NCBI GenBank assembly: GCA_029856145.1 | Contig: JAHQWK010000001.1 | Coordinates: 416,001 to 480,000 of the forward strand | From: Promethearchaeia archaeon | GTDB taxonomy: Archaea; Asgardarchaeota; Lokiarchaeia; Sigyniarchaeales; SOKP01 | Reading direction: 5' to 3' | DNA: 64,000 nucleotides | In this document: positions 1-9,654 of the stretch, piece by piece | Layout of the letters: every line of letters begins with the position of its first letter | Numbering within the stretch: the first letter of the stretch is position 1 | Translations under genes and position numbers: made by a program | Notes under the pieces: generated by a model | What the model saw: the letters and a program-made list of their open reading frames with translations, nothing else | What the model was told of the DNA's origin: nothing | The model's database searches: none

Positions 1-741
1 GCTGGAATGCATTCAAACGATACAGAACTAATTGCTTCAGTGGAAAACATAAAAGAAGCCGAGATAATGTTAAAGACTCTAGAAATTGGGGTTGATGGAA
101 TTAGGATGAAACCAACAAATATCAATGAAATTATTGAATTGAAAAAACTGCTGCATGAAGATTATCGTTTGAGATTAGAAAAAGCGACAGTTAGAAATAT
201 CCAAAATATTCCTGAGAGTGAAAGAGTTTGCGTTGACACTACTTCACTTTTAAACATAGGAGAGGGATTTTTAGTTGGATCAACAACTAAAGGTTTTTGC
301 TTGATTCATTCTGAGACATTTGAAACTCAATTTGTTGCGCCAAGACCATTTCGTGTAAATGCAGGGGATGTTTCGGCTTATATCTTAGTGCCTGATGATG
401 ATCCTCAAAAAATCTATCGAACAAAGTATTTAAGTGAATTAAAGGGAGGAGATAAAGTTTTAGCTGTAAATTCTGAAGGAGAAGTTAGAATTGTCTCTGT
501 AGGGAGAGTAAAAATAGAAACACGTCCAATGCTTAGATTTGAATTAGAAACAATGGAAGGTGATAAAAAAATTCAAATAAGTTGTATTTGTCAAAATGCG
601 GAAACAGTTCGGCTACTCGGAGTTGATGGTAAAGCAAAACTTGTTGTTGATATTAAAATTGGAGATGATGTTCTTGTACATGTTGGATCTGGAGCGACAC
701 ATTTTGGTACTTTTATAAGAGAAACTATAATAGAAAAGTAG
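1..741 (+). CDS. 3-dehydroquinate synthase II (AroB'), 5'-truncated by window edge
   Basis: Motifs RVCVDT, RPFRVNAG, YLSEL..G, GRVKIETRP, QNAETVRL and C-terminal HFG..IrEtIiEK are typical of DHQ synthase II. Frame is open back to base 1. Confidence 0.9.
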   Translation, partial: AGMHSNDTELIASVENIKEAEIMLKTLEIGVDGIRMKPTNINEIIELKKLLHEDYRLRLEKATVRNIQNIPESERVCVDTTSLLNIGEGFLVGSTTKGFCLIHSETFETQFVAPRPFRVNAGDVSAYILVPDDDPQKIYRTKYLSELKGGDKVLAVNSEGEVRIVSVGRVKIETRPMLRFELETMEGDKKIQISCICQNAETVRLLGVDGKAKLVVDIKIGDDVLVHVGSGATHFGTFIRETIIEK

Positions 742-802
742 GAATCTTATTATTGTATTTTTTATTTAATAAATATGAAATTTAAATTAAAATCAGAAAT
801 AT

Positions 803-2074
803 TTGGATGCAATCGATTTGACAGCTTATTGGGCGCCTTTGCTACACATATATCAGCCCCCAACCCAAGATCCTAAAGTTTTAAGAAATATAGATAAAGA
901 GTGCTATAAATCATTATTTTCCTTGCTTGAGGAATATGATACTGCGAAATTTTCTTTGAATATTAATGGTGTCCTTATTGAGTTATTTTATGAATTCGGT
1001 TTATCTGACACAATGGATTTACTGAAAAATTTAGTTTCTGAAAACAAAATTGAAATCGTAGGAACAGCAAAGTTTCATCCAATCCTTCCTTTAATCCCTA
1101 GAAAAGAAGCTCAACATCAAATTCAAATGAATGAGGAATTAAACAGAAAAGAATTTGGTCGTTGGGAAAGAAAAGGTTTTTTTCCACCAGAATTGGCAAT
1201 CTCAGGAGAGGTTGCTAAATTTATTCGACAGTTAGGCTACAAATGGGTAATTATGAGTGGAATAGCGTGCCCTGTCGATTGGCCATATGATAAAATCTAT
1301 ACATCTCCTAATGGGCTTCAGTTATTCTTTCGGGATGATATTTTTAGCAATAAAATCGCTTTTAAGAATATAACAGCAAAGAATTTCGTAAAAGATATTA
1401 AAGCTGTGCATAAAAACAAAGAAAAAAACAATCCAACATATGTTTTAACCGCTTTAGACGGGGAAACATTTGGACATCATATTAAAAATTACGAGAAGAC
1501 CTTTTTAGGTAAAACTCTAGAATTAATAGACCAAGATGATAATTTAAAGACTATTTTTATATCAGATTTAGATCAACATTTTCCAATCGCAAAAAAAAAA
1601 ATTATTCCACGAGAATCAAGTTGGAGTACAACTAATGACGATCTTAAAGATAAAATTCCATATCCCCTTTGGGATCATCCAAATAATAGTGTTCATAAGT
1701 ATTATTGGAAATTAATGAAAAGCCTGAATAATTTAATGAATTTAGCAGATAATTTAGATTTAGCAAAAGATTGGGAAGTAGATAATTATTATAATACTGC
1801 TAAACACTTCTATAGTAGAGGAATTTATTCCTGTCCAACATGGTGGTCTAATCCACTTAATAAAACTTGGTCTCCAAATTTAATTTATAAAGGAGTTGAA
1901 ATATTAATGAGAGCAGCATTAAATGCCCAATTAGCATTAATTCATGGTGGTAAATCAGATTTAGGAGAAGGATATTTTGATTCTATTTCTTACTATCACG
2001 GGCTTTTACTAATGGAATTAAATAATGTTACAAAAAAGAATTTGAAGCAGTTTAATAATAATAACAACACATGA
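803..2074 (+). CDS. Glycoside hydrolase family 57 protein
   Basis: HIYQP motif, HPILPLI, GFFPPELA (nucleophile E), DGETFGHH (acid/base D), SSW. TTG start at 803 or 818. Confidence 0.85.
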   Translation: MDAIDLTAYWAPLLHIYQPPTQDPKVLRNIDKECYKSLFSLLEEYDTAKFSLNINGVLIELFYEFGLSDTMDLLKNLVSENKIEIVGTAKFHPILPLIPRKEAQHQIQMNEELNRKEFGRWERKGFFPPELAISGEVAKFIRQLGYKWVIMSGIACPVDWPYDKIYTSPNGLQLFFRDDIFSNKIAFKNITAKNFVKDIKAVHKNKEKNNPTYVLTALDGETFGHHIKNYEKTFLGKTLELIDQDDNLKTIFISDLDQHFPIAKKKIIPRESSWSTTNDDLKDKIPYPLWDHPNNSVHKYYWKLMKSLNNLMNLADNLDLAKDWEVDNYYNTAKHFYSRGIYSCPTWWSNPLNKTWSPNLIYKGVEILMRAALNAQLALIHGGKSDLGEGYFDSISYYHGLLLMELNNVTKKNLKQFNNNNNT

Positions 2075-2077
2075 ATT

Positions 2078-2464
2078 TTATTTATATTTTGAAATCAATT
2101 TATTAAGGACGTTATTCCAATCATCTAATTTTGGTACATACCAAGCAGCTGAGTCAGATTCTCCATTTTCATTAGTAAATGTTACCTTTAAAAGGGGTTT
2201 AAATACTGATCTATGCATATGTGATTTTGGATTTGTGATCTTTATGATAGATTTAATTTGTATTAGTAACTCTTTCTTAGGTTTCCACATTCCAAAAAAT
2301 AGTTCTTCTTCTGTAAGTAACAAAACACCATTCCCACGAACTTTCCTAACTCCTGATGATTCTAATCCAAAGAAGTTAGAGATATCATCTACGAGCAGAA
2401 CGCTTTTATCGTTATATTTCTCATGTATCTCATTAATTCTCTTTCTAAAAATTTTTTTAAGCAT
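2078..2464 (-). CDS. Small PH/GRAM-like fold hypothetical protein
   Basis: G-x-L-x-LT-eeeLfF, beta strands and a terminal W-containing helix (DDWNNVLNKL) fit a PH-like fold. Start moved to ATG 2464 (MLKKIF). Confidence 0.55.
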   Translation of the reverse strand: MLKKIFRKRINEIHEKYNDKSVLLVDDISNFFGLESSGVRKVRGNGVLLLTEEELFFGMWKPKKELLIQIKSIIKITNPKSHMHRSVFKPLLKVTFTNENGESDSAAWYVPKLDDWNNVLNKLISKYK

Positions 2465-2589
2465 AAGATAATCAATTGAAAATGATATCCAATTAATTGA
2501 ATAAAATGGAAACAAAAATTATATAATTTCTAGTTTATATAATTTACAAAGTAATATTATAAAAAAGATTTTTATTTAAGAACAGAGTA

Positions 2590-3642
2590 ATGTCAAAAGA
2601 AAGCGAGAAAAAGATTAAATATTGCGTCTTCTGTGGAGCGGATATAGCAGAAAGTAAGACTTATTGTCCTAATTGTGGTAAGTTAGTCATTAAAATTGTA
2701 CCCGGAAAAAAAGCTTTGAAACCAAGGCCCTTCTCTAAGGTAGATCTTTCAAGAAAGTGTCCTAATTGTGGTTCTATAATAATATCTACGATCTTAGATC
2801 AATGTCCTATATGCAATACAGAATTAGAGAAAATTTCTGAAGTCAGAAAAGCCATTGTCCAAAAGAAACCTGGTTTAATTTTTACTAATAAGAAATTTGA
2901 GCCTGAACAAAAATTTATTTTAAAGAAAGATACGTGGAACCTAAAAGAAGGACTAAATGTTTTTGGAACATGCATATATATATTAGTGATTGTCTTTTTT
3001 TTACTGATGACTTTTTCATTACAATTAGAGTCAGCCACCCCAACTATTGAAGAAATTCTATTGACTCAAATTCCTGAATTACTTTTTGGTATATATCCAA
3101 TATGGTATATTTATAATAAAAAGCATAGCTTTACCAAATTAGGCTTTCACTCTGATTCTAAAAAAATTCCTATAGCATTTCTCATTGGAATTTTAGGGGC
3201 TCTAATGTTGTTATTACTCAATTTCTTTTCTGATTCTTTAATTAACTTCATGTCAGATATAGGTTTAGATATCTTTGGTATCACATCAGCTATTCAAGAA
3301 CAAAATCTAGTTATTAGAAATTCTGGGTTAATTTGGATTATAATTCTAATATTAACATTATGTGTAAGAACAATTTCTTTAGAAGTTGTATTTCGGGGAG
3401 TTTTACATAACACCTTAAAACAAAGATTTAAAAATAATTATATTGTGATACTCATAGTTGCTTTAGCTTATTCTCTTATGTTATTAGTTTTTACAATTCC
3501 ATATGGAATTTACTTCTTTCTCTTTAATTTTCTAGCGTTTGTTGTGCTTGGATTCCTATATGAAATAAATCGAAACATATATAATACTATGTTGGCTAAT
3601 ATTTTGTTCAATATTATTCTAATTATCCTTATCTCTCTTTAA
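2590..3642 (+). CDS. Double zinc-ribbon plus degenerate CPBP/Abi (CAAX protease-like) membrane protein
   Basis: Four CxxC pairs in the N-terminus, multiple TM helices, LEVVFRG resembling the EExxFRG motif. Confidence 0.75.
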   Translation: MSKESEKKIKYCVFCGADIAESKTYCPNCGKLVIKIVPGKKALKPRPFSKVDLSRKCPNCGSIIISTILDQCPICNTELEKISEVRKAIVQKKPGLIFTNKKFEPEQKFILKKDTWNLKEGLNVFGTCIYILVIVFFLLMTFSLQLESATPTIEEILLTQIPELLFGIYPIWYIYNKKHSFTKLGFHSDSKKIPIAFLIGILGALMLLLLNFFSDSLINFMSDIGLDIFGITSAIQEQNLVIRNSGLIWIIILILTLCVRTISLEVVFRGVLHNTLKQRFKNNYIVILIVALAYSLMLLVFTIPYGIYFFLFNFLAFVVLGFLYEINRNIYNTMLANILFNIILIILISL

Positions 3643-3775
3643 TTTTAACTATTCATTACCCCCCAAATATAAAATTTAATAAAATATAATAAATCAATAA
3701 TCTCTAGATTTATTTTTTATTTAAACCATAGTTTTATTATTATGATTAAATCTAATAGGTTTGGAGTAAAAAGGC

Positions 3776-4492
3776 TTGGGTAAACAAGTATATAGAAATA
3801 AAGGAAGTAAAGACAATATTATAGTCTCTATTGCTGGAGTACATGGCGTTGGAAAAACTACTGTATTCAATCTTTTCAAAAAAGATAAAAAAGTAAAAGA
3901 TAATAAAAAATTCAAGTTCTTTCCCGAAAGATATGTAAAAAAACCTCCTTTTCCTTTTGGGTCCTCTAATAAGCAAATTGGGTTTAGAAGTGAACTCCAT
4001 TTTCTTCAACAGCTTATTAGACGTAATCAAAATATTGTAAATTTTGATAATCAATACAATGGGAGAATCATAATTTTAGATAGAACTCCATTATGTGTTT
4101 TAATTTATTCCAAGAGTTTAAACTTAAAAGAGAAAGATTATAATCTTATTTTAGATACATGTAAATCTATTGAATGGAAAGAGGATTATATCTTCTACTT
4201 AAATGCTAAACCAAATACAATTATGAAACGAATTATTGAGAGAGGTTCCTTAGAAAAAATAAGGAAGGAATGGAATGAGGATGATAAAGATTATTTATTA
4301 AAAATTCTTTCATATTACAAACAATTCCTTTCAAATAAAGAGGGTGTTTTTACGATAAATACAGAAGATTTAACTCCAGAAGAAGTAGTCATTGAAATGA
4401 GGGAACTTATAACCCAATTATCAGGATATTCTTTCGATAAGTTTGAAAAGCCATTCTCAACTCAGATGAATTTATTGAAATTTATAAAATAA
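3776..4492 (+). CDS. Deoxynucleoside/thymidylate kinase family P-loop protein with C-terminal PIP-like motif
   Basis: GVHGVGKTT Walker A, IILDR motif, lid RIIERG; GGAG upstream of TTG start. Confidence 0.75.
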   Translation: MGKQVYRNKGSKDNIIVSIAGVHGVGKTTVFNLFKKDKKVKDNKKFKFFPERYVKKPPFPFGSSNKQIGFRSELHFLQQLIRRNQNIVNFDNQYNGRIIILDRTPLCVLIYSKSLNLKEKDYNLILDTCKSIEWKEDYIFYLNAKPNTIMKRIIERGSLEKIRKEWNEDDKDYLLKILSYYKQFLSNKEGVFTINTEDLTPEEVVIEMRELITQLSGYSFDKFEKPFSTQMNLLKFIK

Positions 4493-4593
4493 AGTAATGA
4501 TAAAATATATTAAAATAGGCTTTCTATTTATACTTAAATTCAAGCTTAAAAAAATCGTGTTCAACCTAAATTGTGAGCAAGGTGGGAAAATAA

Positions 4594-5559
4594 ATGTCTA
4601 CAATCGCAGAAGATATCCGAAAAAATTTGATGCTTGTTTTAAAAGAAGAAGAAGAAAAAACTGATTTAGAAAATCTTGCAGTTTTATCTCGAGTAGGAAT
4701 GAAAGTAGCTAGTTCAAATTCGTCAGAATTAGATGCTGACGCCACTTCTGCGTCTAGTACCGCCTTAATAGATTTAGGATTAAGATTAAATCAGGCAACG
4801 GTTCATGGAGCTTTAACTGAGATTATCCTACACAATACATCGGGATATTGTATTTTAATGGCTATAAACGACGAATACATAGTATTTGGAGGCCTTTCTC
4901 GAATTTACAGCATTGGATACTATTTAGGATACTTAAGAGAATTAACAAGAAAACTGAATAGCCTCATTTCAGGCGATCAAGTAACTGAGATGATGCTTTC
5001 CCTCGAAGAATCTGAAATAGAGAAGATCGAACAACAAAAATTAGAAGAAGAAGCCAAACCTATAATAAAACCCACTCTAAAACAAGATAAAGCTGCTTTA
5101 GATGACTTATTGGGATTCTTAGATGATTGGGAAAAGGGAGATGAAGAATTCGAAGAAATTGAACCTACCACTGAAAGTGGTATTGTTTCGATTCCAAAAT
5201 CAGTAGGTCTAGGGCTTGAAAAAGAAGTGAAAGCTGCCACTGAAACTCCGGCTCCTCAAGTCGCGGAAAGTTTATCCACTGATACTCAATTTAAAGTATA
5301 TGAAGATGAAGTTCCACCAATCCCCCTCGATGATTATACTCCCATGGAAATTGATGAAGAGCCCATCTCTGAAGAACCGGCGTCTATTTCAGAAGAATCG
5401 ATACCTACTGAAGAATTACCCTCATTTGAAGAATTAGGTCCTCCAGATTTTGAATCAGAAGTATCTGCTTCTGAATATGACACTGAATTTGTTTTAGAAG
5501 AAGAGTCAGAGGCTTTAGGTTCTGTGCTTCGCGATCTCGGATGGGAGGAAGAGGATTAA
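4594..5559 (+). CDS. Roadblock/LC7-domain protein with long acidic disordered C-terminal tail
   Basis: N-terminal ~125 aa show the roadblock pattern (AVLSRVGMKVAS, SASSTALIDLG, GALTEIILH...); C-terminal ~190 aa are E/P/S-rich; AGGTGG SD upstream. Confidence 0.75.
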   Translation: MSTIAEDIRKNLMLVLKEEEEKTDLENLAVLSRVGMKVASSNSSELDADATSASSTALIDLGLRLNQATVHGALTEIILHNTSGYCILMAINDEYIVFGGLSRIYSIGYYLGYLRELTRKLNSLISGDQVTEMMLSLEESEIEKIEQQKLEEEAKPIIKPTLKQDKAALDDLLGFLDDWEKGDEEFEEIEPTTESGIVSIPKSVGLGLEKEVKAATETPAPQVAESLSTDTQFKVYEDEVPPIPLDDYTPMEIDEEPISEEPASISEESIPTEELPSFEELGPPDFESEVSASEYDTEFVLEEESEALGSVLRDLGWEEED

Positions 5560-5690
5560 AGTTTTCTAATGACTCAAATCCAGCATTAACTAATTCATAA
5601 ACTCTATTTTATTTTAATAAACTTTTAAATAGAGATGTCTCTAATCTATATTTAATATTAAAATTGATAAAATTAGCTTTAGGAATCAGT

Positions 5691-7019
5691 ATGACTGATA
5701 TTGAAGTAGAGCAAATAGAAAGGGGCAGACTAAAAAAATTTATACTTTTTGGAACACCCAGATTTGGTACAAATATCCTTTTAACTATCGTAGATTTTGC
5801 CCTATTGACGCTCTATAGTATTGGTTTTGAATTACCCGCTTGGCAAATTTTTTTAGCTACTAGTTTAGGAAAACTCAGTATCGCACTTTCTCAATTTCTA
5901 TTAGGTTGGTTGAGTGATGCTAAATATACTAAATGGGGAAGAAGAAAGCCATATCTCATAATATTAAGCCCACTACTTGGAATATCATTTATATTTTTAC
6001 TTATCCCTAATCGGTTTTTACCAATTTCAAATAAAACAACCTTATTCACTTGGCTATTAGTATGGGATTTACTTTTTCAAGCAAGTTATGGAATGACTAC
6101 CGTACATAATGCATGGATGGCTGAACAGTTTGAAGTTGGCGACCGTCCTAAAGCTTCACAGTTCATAAACCTATTTATTTATCTAGGTGCAGGTGTAGGT
6201 CAAATTTTTACTCTATTAATTTTGACAGATTTTGCTTTAAAAGTAGAATTAAATCCAAGTGTTATACCTAGTGAATTTTTACTTGGTGTATTAATTTTTG
6301 GGATAATTACAGTGCAATTATTTTATATTGTTGCGCTAATGATGCCAACAGAACCAAATTATAAAATAGATTCAAATTTAATTAGTAATTTAAAAGCCAT
6401 TGCAAAAAATAAAAATTATTTATCATTCAATTTTATGGAAGGATTTGCGAGTGTGGCTTGGGCTATTGTAACACCAACAATGCTAGCTTTTTTAACCGTT
6501 GTTCTAAAGTTTACTGAATTGCAATTTATAATTGGAGGATCAATCATTATTTTTGGTGTTTTATTATTCTTATACCTTTGGAGAATACTTATAGAAAAGT
6601 TAGGTAAAAAAAAGAGTCTATTAATTCTTTTTCTTTTTGCGATAATAGTATTACCTTTTACTTTAATAAGCATTATTCCAATGGAATCATATCTGATATA
6701 TGGAATTATTTTTATAATTGGAGTAGTTGCATCTATTGGTGGTTGGAATTTGTTCCCTTATATAGTATATGCAGATCTCGCAGAAGATGATGAAAAATCT
6801 ACTGGAGAATTAAAAGCAGGTTTGTATCGAGGGTTCTCTAGTATAATACTTAATCTTTTTCAGGCAATAGGCTTAGCGTTTTCATCCGTTGTAAGTTTGC
6901 TTTTAGGGGATTACTTATTCTTCATCTGGTGGGGCCCTATTTGCTCATTAATATTAATCGGAGCTTATTTCTATTCCAGAAGATTTATCAAGATTGATTT
7001 TGATTGGGAGAAAAAATAA
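5691..7019 (+). CDS. MFS transporter, GPH (MelB-like) family
   Basis: GWLSD..TKWGRRKPY motif, ~12 TM segments, AD..EDDE.TGE..aGly motif. ATG 5691 preferred over TTG 5664. Confidence 0.85.
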   Translation: MTDIEVEQIERGRLKKFILFGTPRFGTNILLTIVDFALLTLYSIGFELPAWQIFLATSLGKLSIALSQFLLGWLSDAKYTKWGRRKPYLIILSPLLGISFIFLLIPNRFLPISNKTTLFTWLLVWDLLFQASYGMTTVHNAWMAEQFEVGDRPKASQFINLFIYLGAGVGQIFTLLILTDFALKVELNPSVIPSEFLLGVLIFGIITVQLFYIVALMMPTEPNYKIDSNLISNLKAIAKNKNYLSFNFMEGFASVAWAIVTPTMLAFLTVVLKFTELQFIIGGSIIIFGVLLFLYLWRILIEKLGKKKSLLILFLFAIIVLPFTLISIIPMESYLIYGIIFIIGVVASIGGWNLFPYIVYADLAEDDEKSTGELKAGLYRGFSSIILNLFQAIGLAFSSVVSLLLGDYLFFIWWGPICSLILIGAYFYSRRFIKIDFDWEKK

Positions 7020-7328
7020 GAAGAAAATAATTCAAACTATTATTCTATTTCTACTTAGGTATTACAATTAAAGAATTTCATTAGTCTTAATATTCGGAAT
7101 CTTAACTTGAAATTAAATAATATAAAAATAAAAAAGCAAATTTTAGAATAATAATTTGCTTACTAAAAATAATATTTTCCATAATTAGGATAAAATGTCG
7201 CTTCAAGAATTAGGAATCTCTCATAAGAAAATTAAAAAAAAAAATAAATTTTTATTTTAAAATTTTTTTAAACATACTTTCTTCTTGGATAAAATCAATA
7301 AATAATAGTTTACTTAATTTAAGTAGGT

Positions 7329-8687
7329 ATGATTTTCGATAAAGTTTTAGAAATTTGTCAGAAATACTATATTTGCGTTCATTGTCTTGGTAGAATGTTT
7401 TCTCTTTTAGGGACCAATACAACAAACTATGAAAGAGGTAATTCTTTATTACTTTCGATAACTATGGAAAATCACAGAAATTATCTATCCGGAAATGACG
7501 TTATTCAGAAAAAGGCAATTACTAATTTAAAATTATTAGCTAGTAATGCTTATTTTAAACCTGCTCAAAAAGTCTTAGATAATGAAGGGTTAGAATATGT
7601 GAAGAACAATTCAAATCAAATCTGTTATCTATGTAATAATATTTTTTTCAAAATTGAAAATTATACTAGTAAAGCAATCCAAATACTTGAAAAAATTGAA
7701 TTTGATAGCTTTTTAATTGGTTCAAGGCCAGATTCTCAAATTATTAACCGAGAAGATAAATTCAAATCAGAATTTACTCTCTTAGAAGCTGAATCTTTTA
7801 AAAGTCATTTTAATCGTGTATTAGGAAAACAATTATTACCAGTTTTAAATAAAATTCCTGAGTTTTCTAATCCTGATGTATTAATGATATACTCATTAGA
7901 TTATGAAAGATTTATGGTTGAGTTAATATTAAAATCTATCTTCGTTTATGGGAGATATAATAAATTAATAAGAGGAATCCCCCAAACCCATTGGTTTTGT
8001 AGAAAATGCAAGGGAACTGGTTGTGAATCTTGTAATTATACTGGAAAGCAGTATTTAACGAGTGTTGAGGATTTAATAAGTCCAGTGTTTATTAAGGAAT
8101 CAAAAGCAACTGATTTGAAGTTCCACGGCGCTGGAAGAGAGGATATTGATGTAAGAATGTTAGGTTCCGGAAGACCATTTATTATTGAATTAAGAAATCC
8201 TAAAATTAGAAATTTAAACTTGGTTAAAATACAAAGAAAAGTCAACAAAAGCAATAAAAAGAAAGTAAGAATTTACAATCTAAAATATAGTAACAAGAAG
8301 GAAGTAATCAAAATTAAAACGGAAGCTAAAAATACAAAAAAAATTTACAAAGCCATTATAAAATCTGAAAGTAAATTAAATAAAGAGGAATTTAACCAAA
8401 AAGTAATTCTTTTGAAAAATATATTTGAAAATAAGAAATTACATCAAAGAACACCCTATAGAGTATCTCACCGTCGAAGTGATAAAGTAAGAGAAAAATT
8501 AATTTATAAGATTGAAGGAAAATTGATAAAACCAAATTTATATGAGTTTATAATAGAAACTCAAGGCGGAACTTATATAAAAGAGCTCATCAATGGCGAT
8601 GAGGGACGTACTACTCCTTCTTTTTCAGAAATTTTTAAAACTCCTTTAGAATGTAAAGAATTAGATGTTTTAGAAATTTCTGTTTAA
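7329..8687 (+). CDS. pus10: tRNA pseudouridine(54/55) synthase Pus10
   Basis: CxxCLGR N-terminus, GRYNK..RGIPQT, FHGAGREDIDVRMLG.GRPF, QRTP.RV.HRR, GGTYIKELI.GD.GRT.PS. Confidence 0.95.
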   Translation: MIFDKVLEICQKYYICVHCLGRMFSLLGTNTTNYERGNSLLLSITMENHRNYLSGNDVIQKKAITNLKLLASNAYFKPAQKVLDNEGLEYVKNNSNQICYLCNNIFFKIENYTSKAIQILEKIEFDSFLIGSRPDSQIINREDKFKSEFTLLEAESFKSHFNRVLGKQLLPVLNKIPEFSNPDVLMIYSLDYERFMVELILKSIFVYGRYNKLIRGIPQTHWFCRKCKGTGCESCNYTGKQYLTSVEDLISPVFIKESKATDLKFHGAGREDIDVRMLGSGRPFIIELRNPKIRNLNLVKIQRKVNKSNKKKVRIYNLKYSNKKEVIKIKTEAKNTKKIYKAIIKSESKLNKEEFNQKVILLKNIFENKKLHQRTPYRVSHRRSDKVREKLIYKIEGKLIKPNLYEFIIETQGGTYIKELINGDEGRTTPSFSEIFKTPLECKELDVLEISV

Positions 8688-8803
8688 TGTTGATTTTATC
8701 TAATTTTATTTGGCGAAAATCAAAAAATAAATAAATTATAATACATAATTGTACTAAATCAATTGAATTATTTTCGCATTAACAATCATTAAGGTGTATC
8801 GAA

Positions 8804-9109
8804 ATAGTCAAGCACAGAGGATATAGGAAAAAAACACGGCATAAGCACAGGAAAAATGTTCGTAAGAGAGGTTTAGGTTCAGTTGAAAAATATTTAATTG
8901 ATTATAACACAAATGATAAAGTAGATATAATTACAGATTCTTCCCAACATAAACAAGGAATGCCTCATTCTAGGTATCATGGACGTACTGGAACAATAAT
9001 CGGTCAACGAGGGCGCTGTTATTTAGTTGAGGTGAAATTAGGAAATTCTAAAAAAACCTTAATAATTGGAAAGGAGCATATTAGATTAAATTCTGTTTCT
9101 ATAAAATAA
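8804..9109 (+). CDS. rpl21e: 50S ribosomal protein eL21 (missed by ORF track; apparent ATA start)
   Basis: Translation (I/M)VKHRGYRKKTRHKHRKNVRKRGL...GMPHSRYHGRTGTIIGQRGRCYLVEVKLGNSKKTLIIGKEHIRL, in the conserved pus10-L21e-rpoF position. In-frame TAA at 8780-8782 and no ATG/GTG/TTG before the conserved start. Confidence 0.93.
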   Translation: MVKHRGYRKKTRHKHRKNVRKRGLGSVEKYLIDYNTNDKVDIITDSSQHKQGMPHSRYHGRTGTIIGQRGRCYLVEVKLGNSKKTLIIGKEHIRLNSVSIK

Positions 9110-9134
9110 AAATGTAATAACGTTATGATTTAGA

Positions 9135-9500
9135 ATGTCTGGCCGAAAAAAAGAAGAGAGGAGCGTTTCTATTCCTGAAGTAAAAGAAATAATGGAGAAT
9201 TTAAAAGATCGATTAGAAGAAATTGATACTGATGAAGGAATGTCTCATTTTCAAGAAATTACCTATAATTATGTGAATAAATTTGCGAAATATGAAGCAA
9301 AAACTGCGAAAAAAGTAAAGAAATTATTAACTGATAAGTATGAAATTGAAGAAATTTATACAATTAACATAATTAATATCGACCCAAAAACAATTTTAGA
9401 GCTAAGAGTAATATTAGAAAAAAGTTTTACTGGTAAAACTTTAACGGATGATCAATTAGAAGTGATAATTGAAGAAATAGAAGATATAAAATCATCTTAA
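9135..9500 (+). CDS. rpo4: RNA polymerase subunit Rpo4 (F)
   Basis: vSIPEVKEI, Q.ITYNYVNKFAK, IINIDP....ELRVIL; lies between rpl21e and DUF655. Confidence 0.9.
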   Translation: MSGRKKEERSVSIPEVKEIMENLKDRLEEIDTDEGMSHFQEITYNYVNKFAKYEAKTAKKVKKLLTDKYEIEEIYTINIINIDPKTILELRVILEKSFTGKTLTDDQLEVIIEEIEDIKSS

Positions 9501-9654
9501 TTATATCATTTTGATTCTTATTTTTAAAATTCAAATAAAATTTATAAGTCTGTTTTGTTTTAAATTCAATGAACAATCCCATCTAATTAAGTAGTTTATT
9601 ATAATAAAAATTTTGAAATGGTAATCGGAAAAGTTAAAAATAAGATAACTAGTA

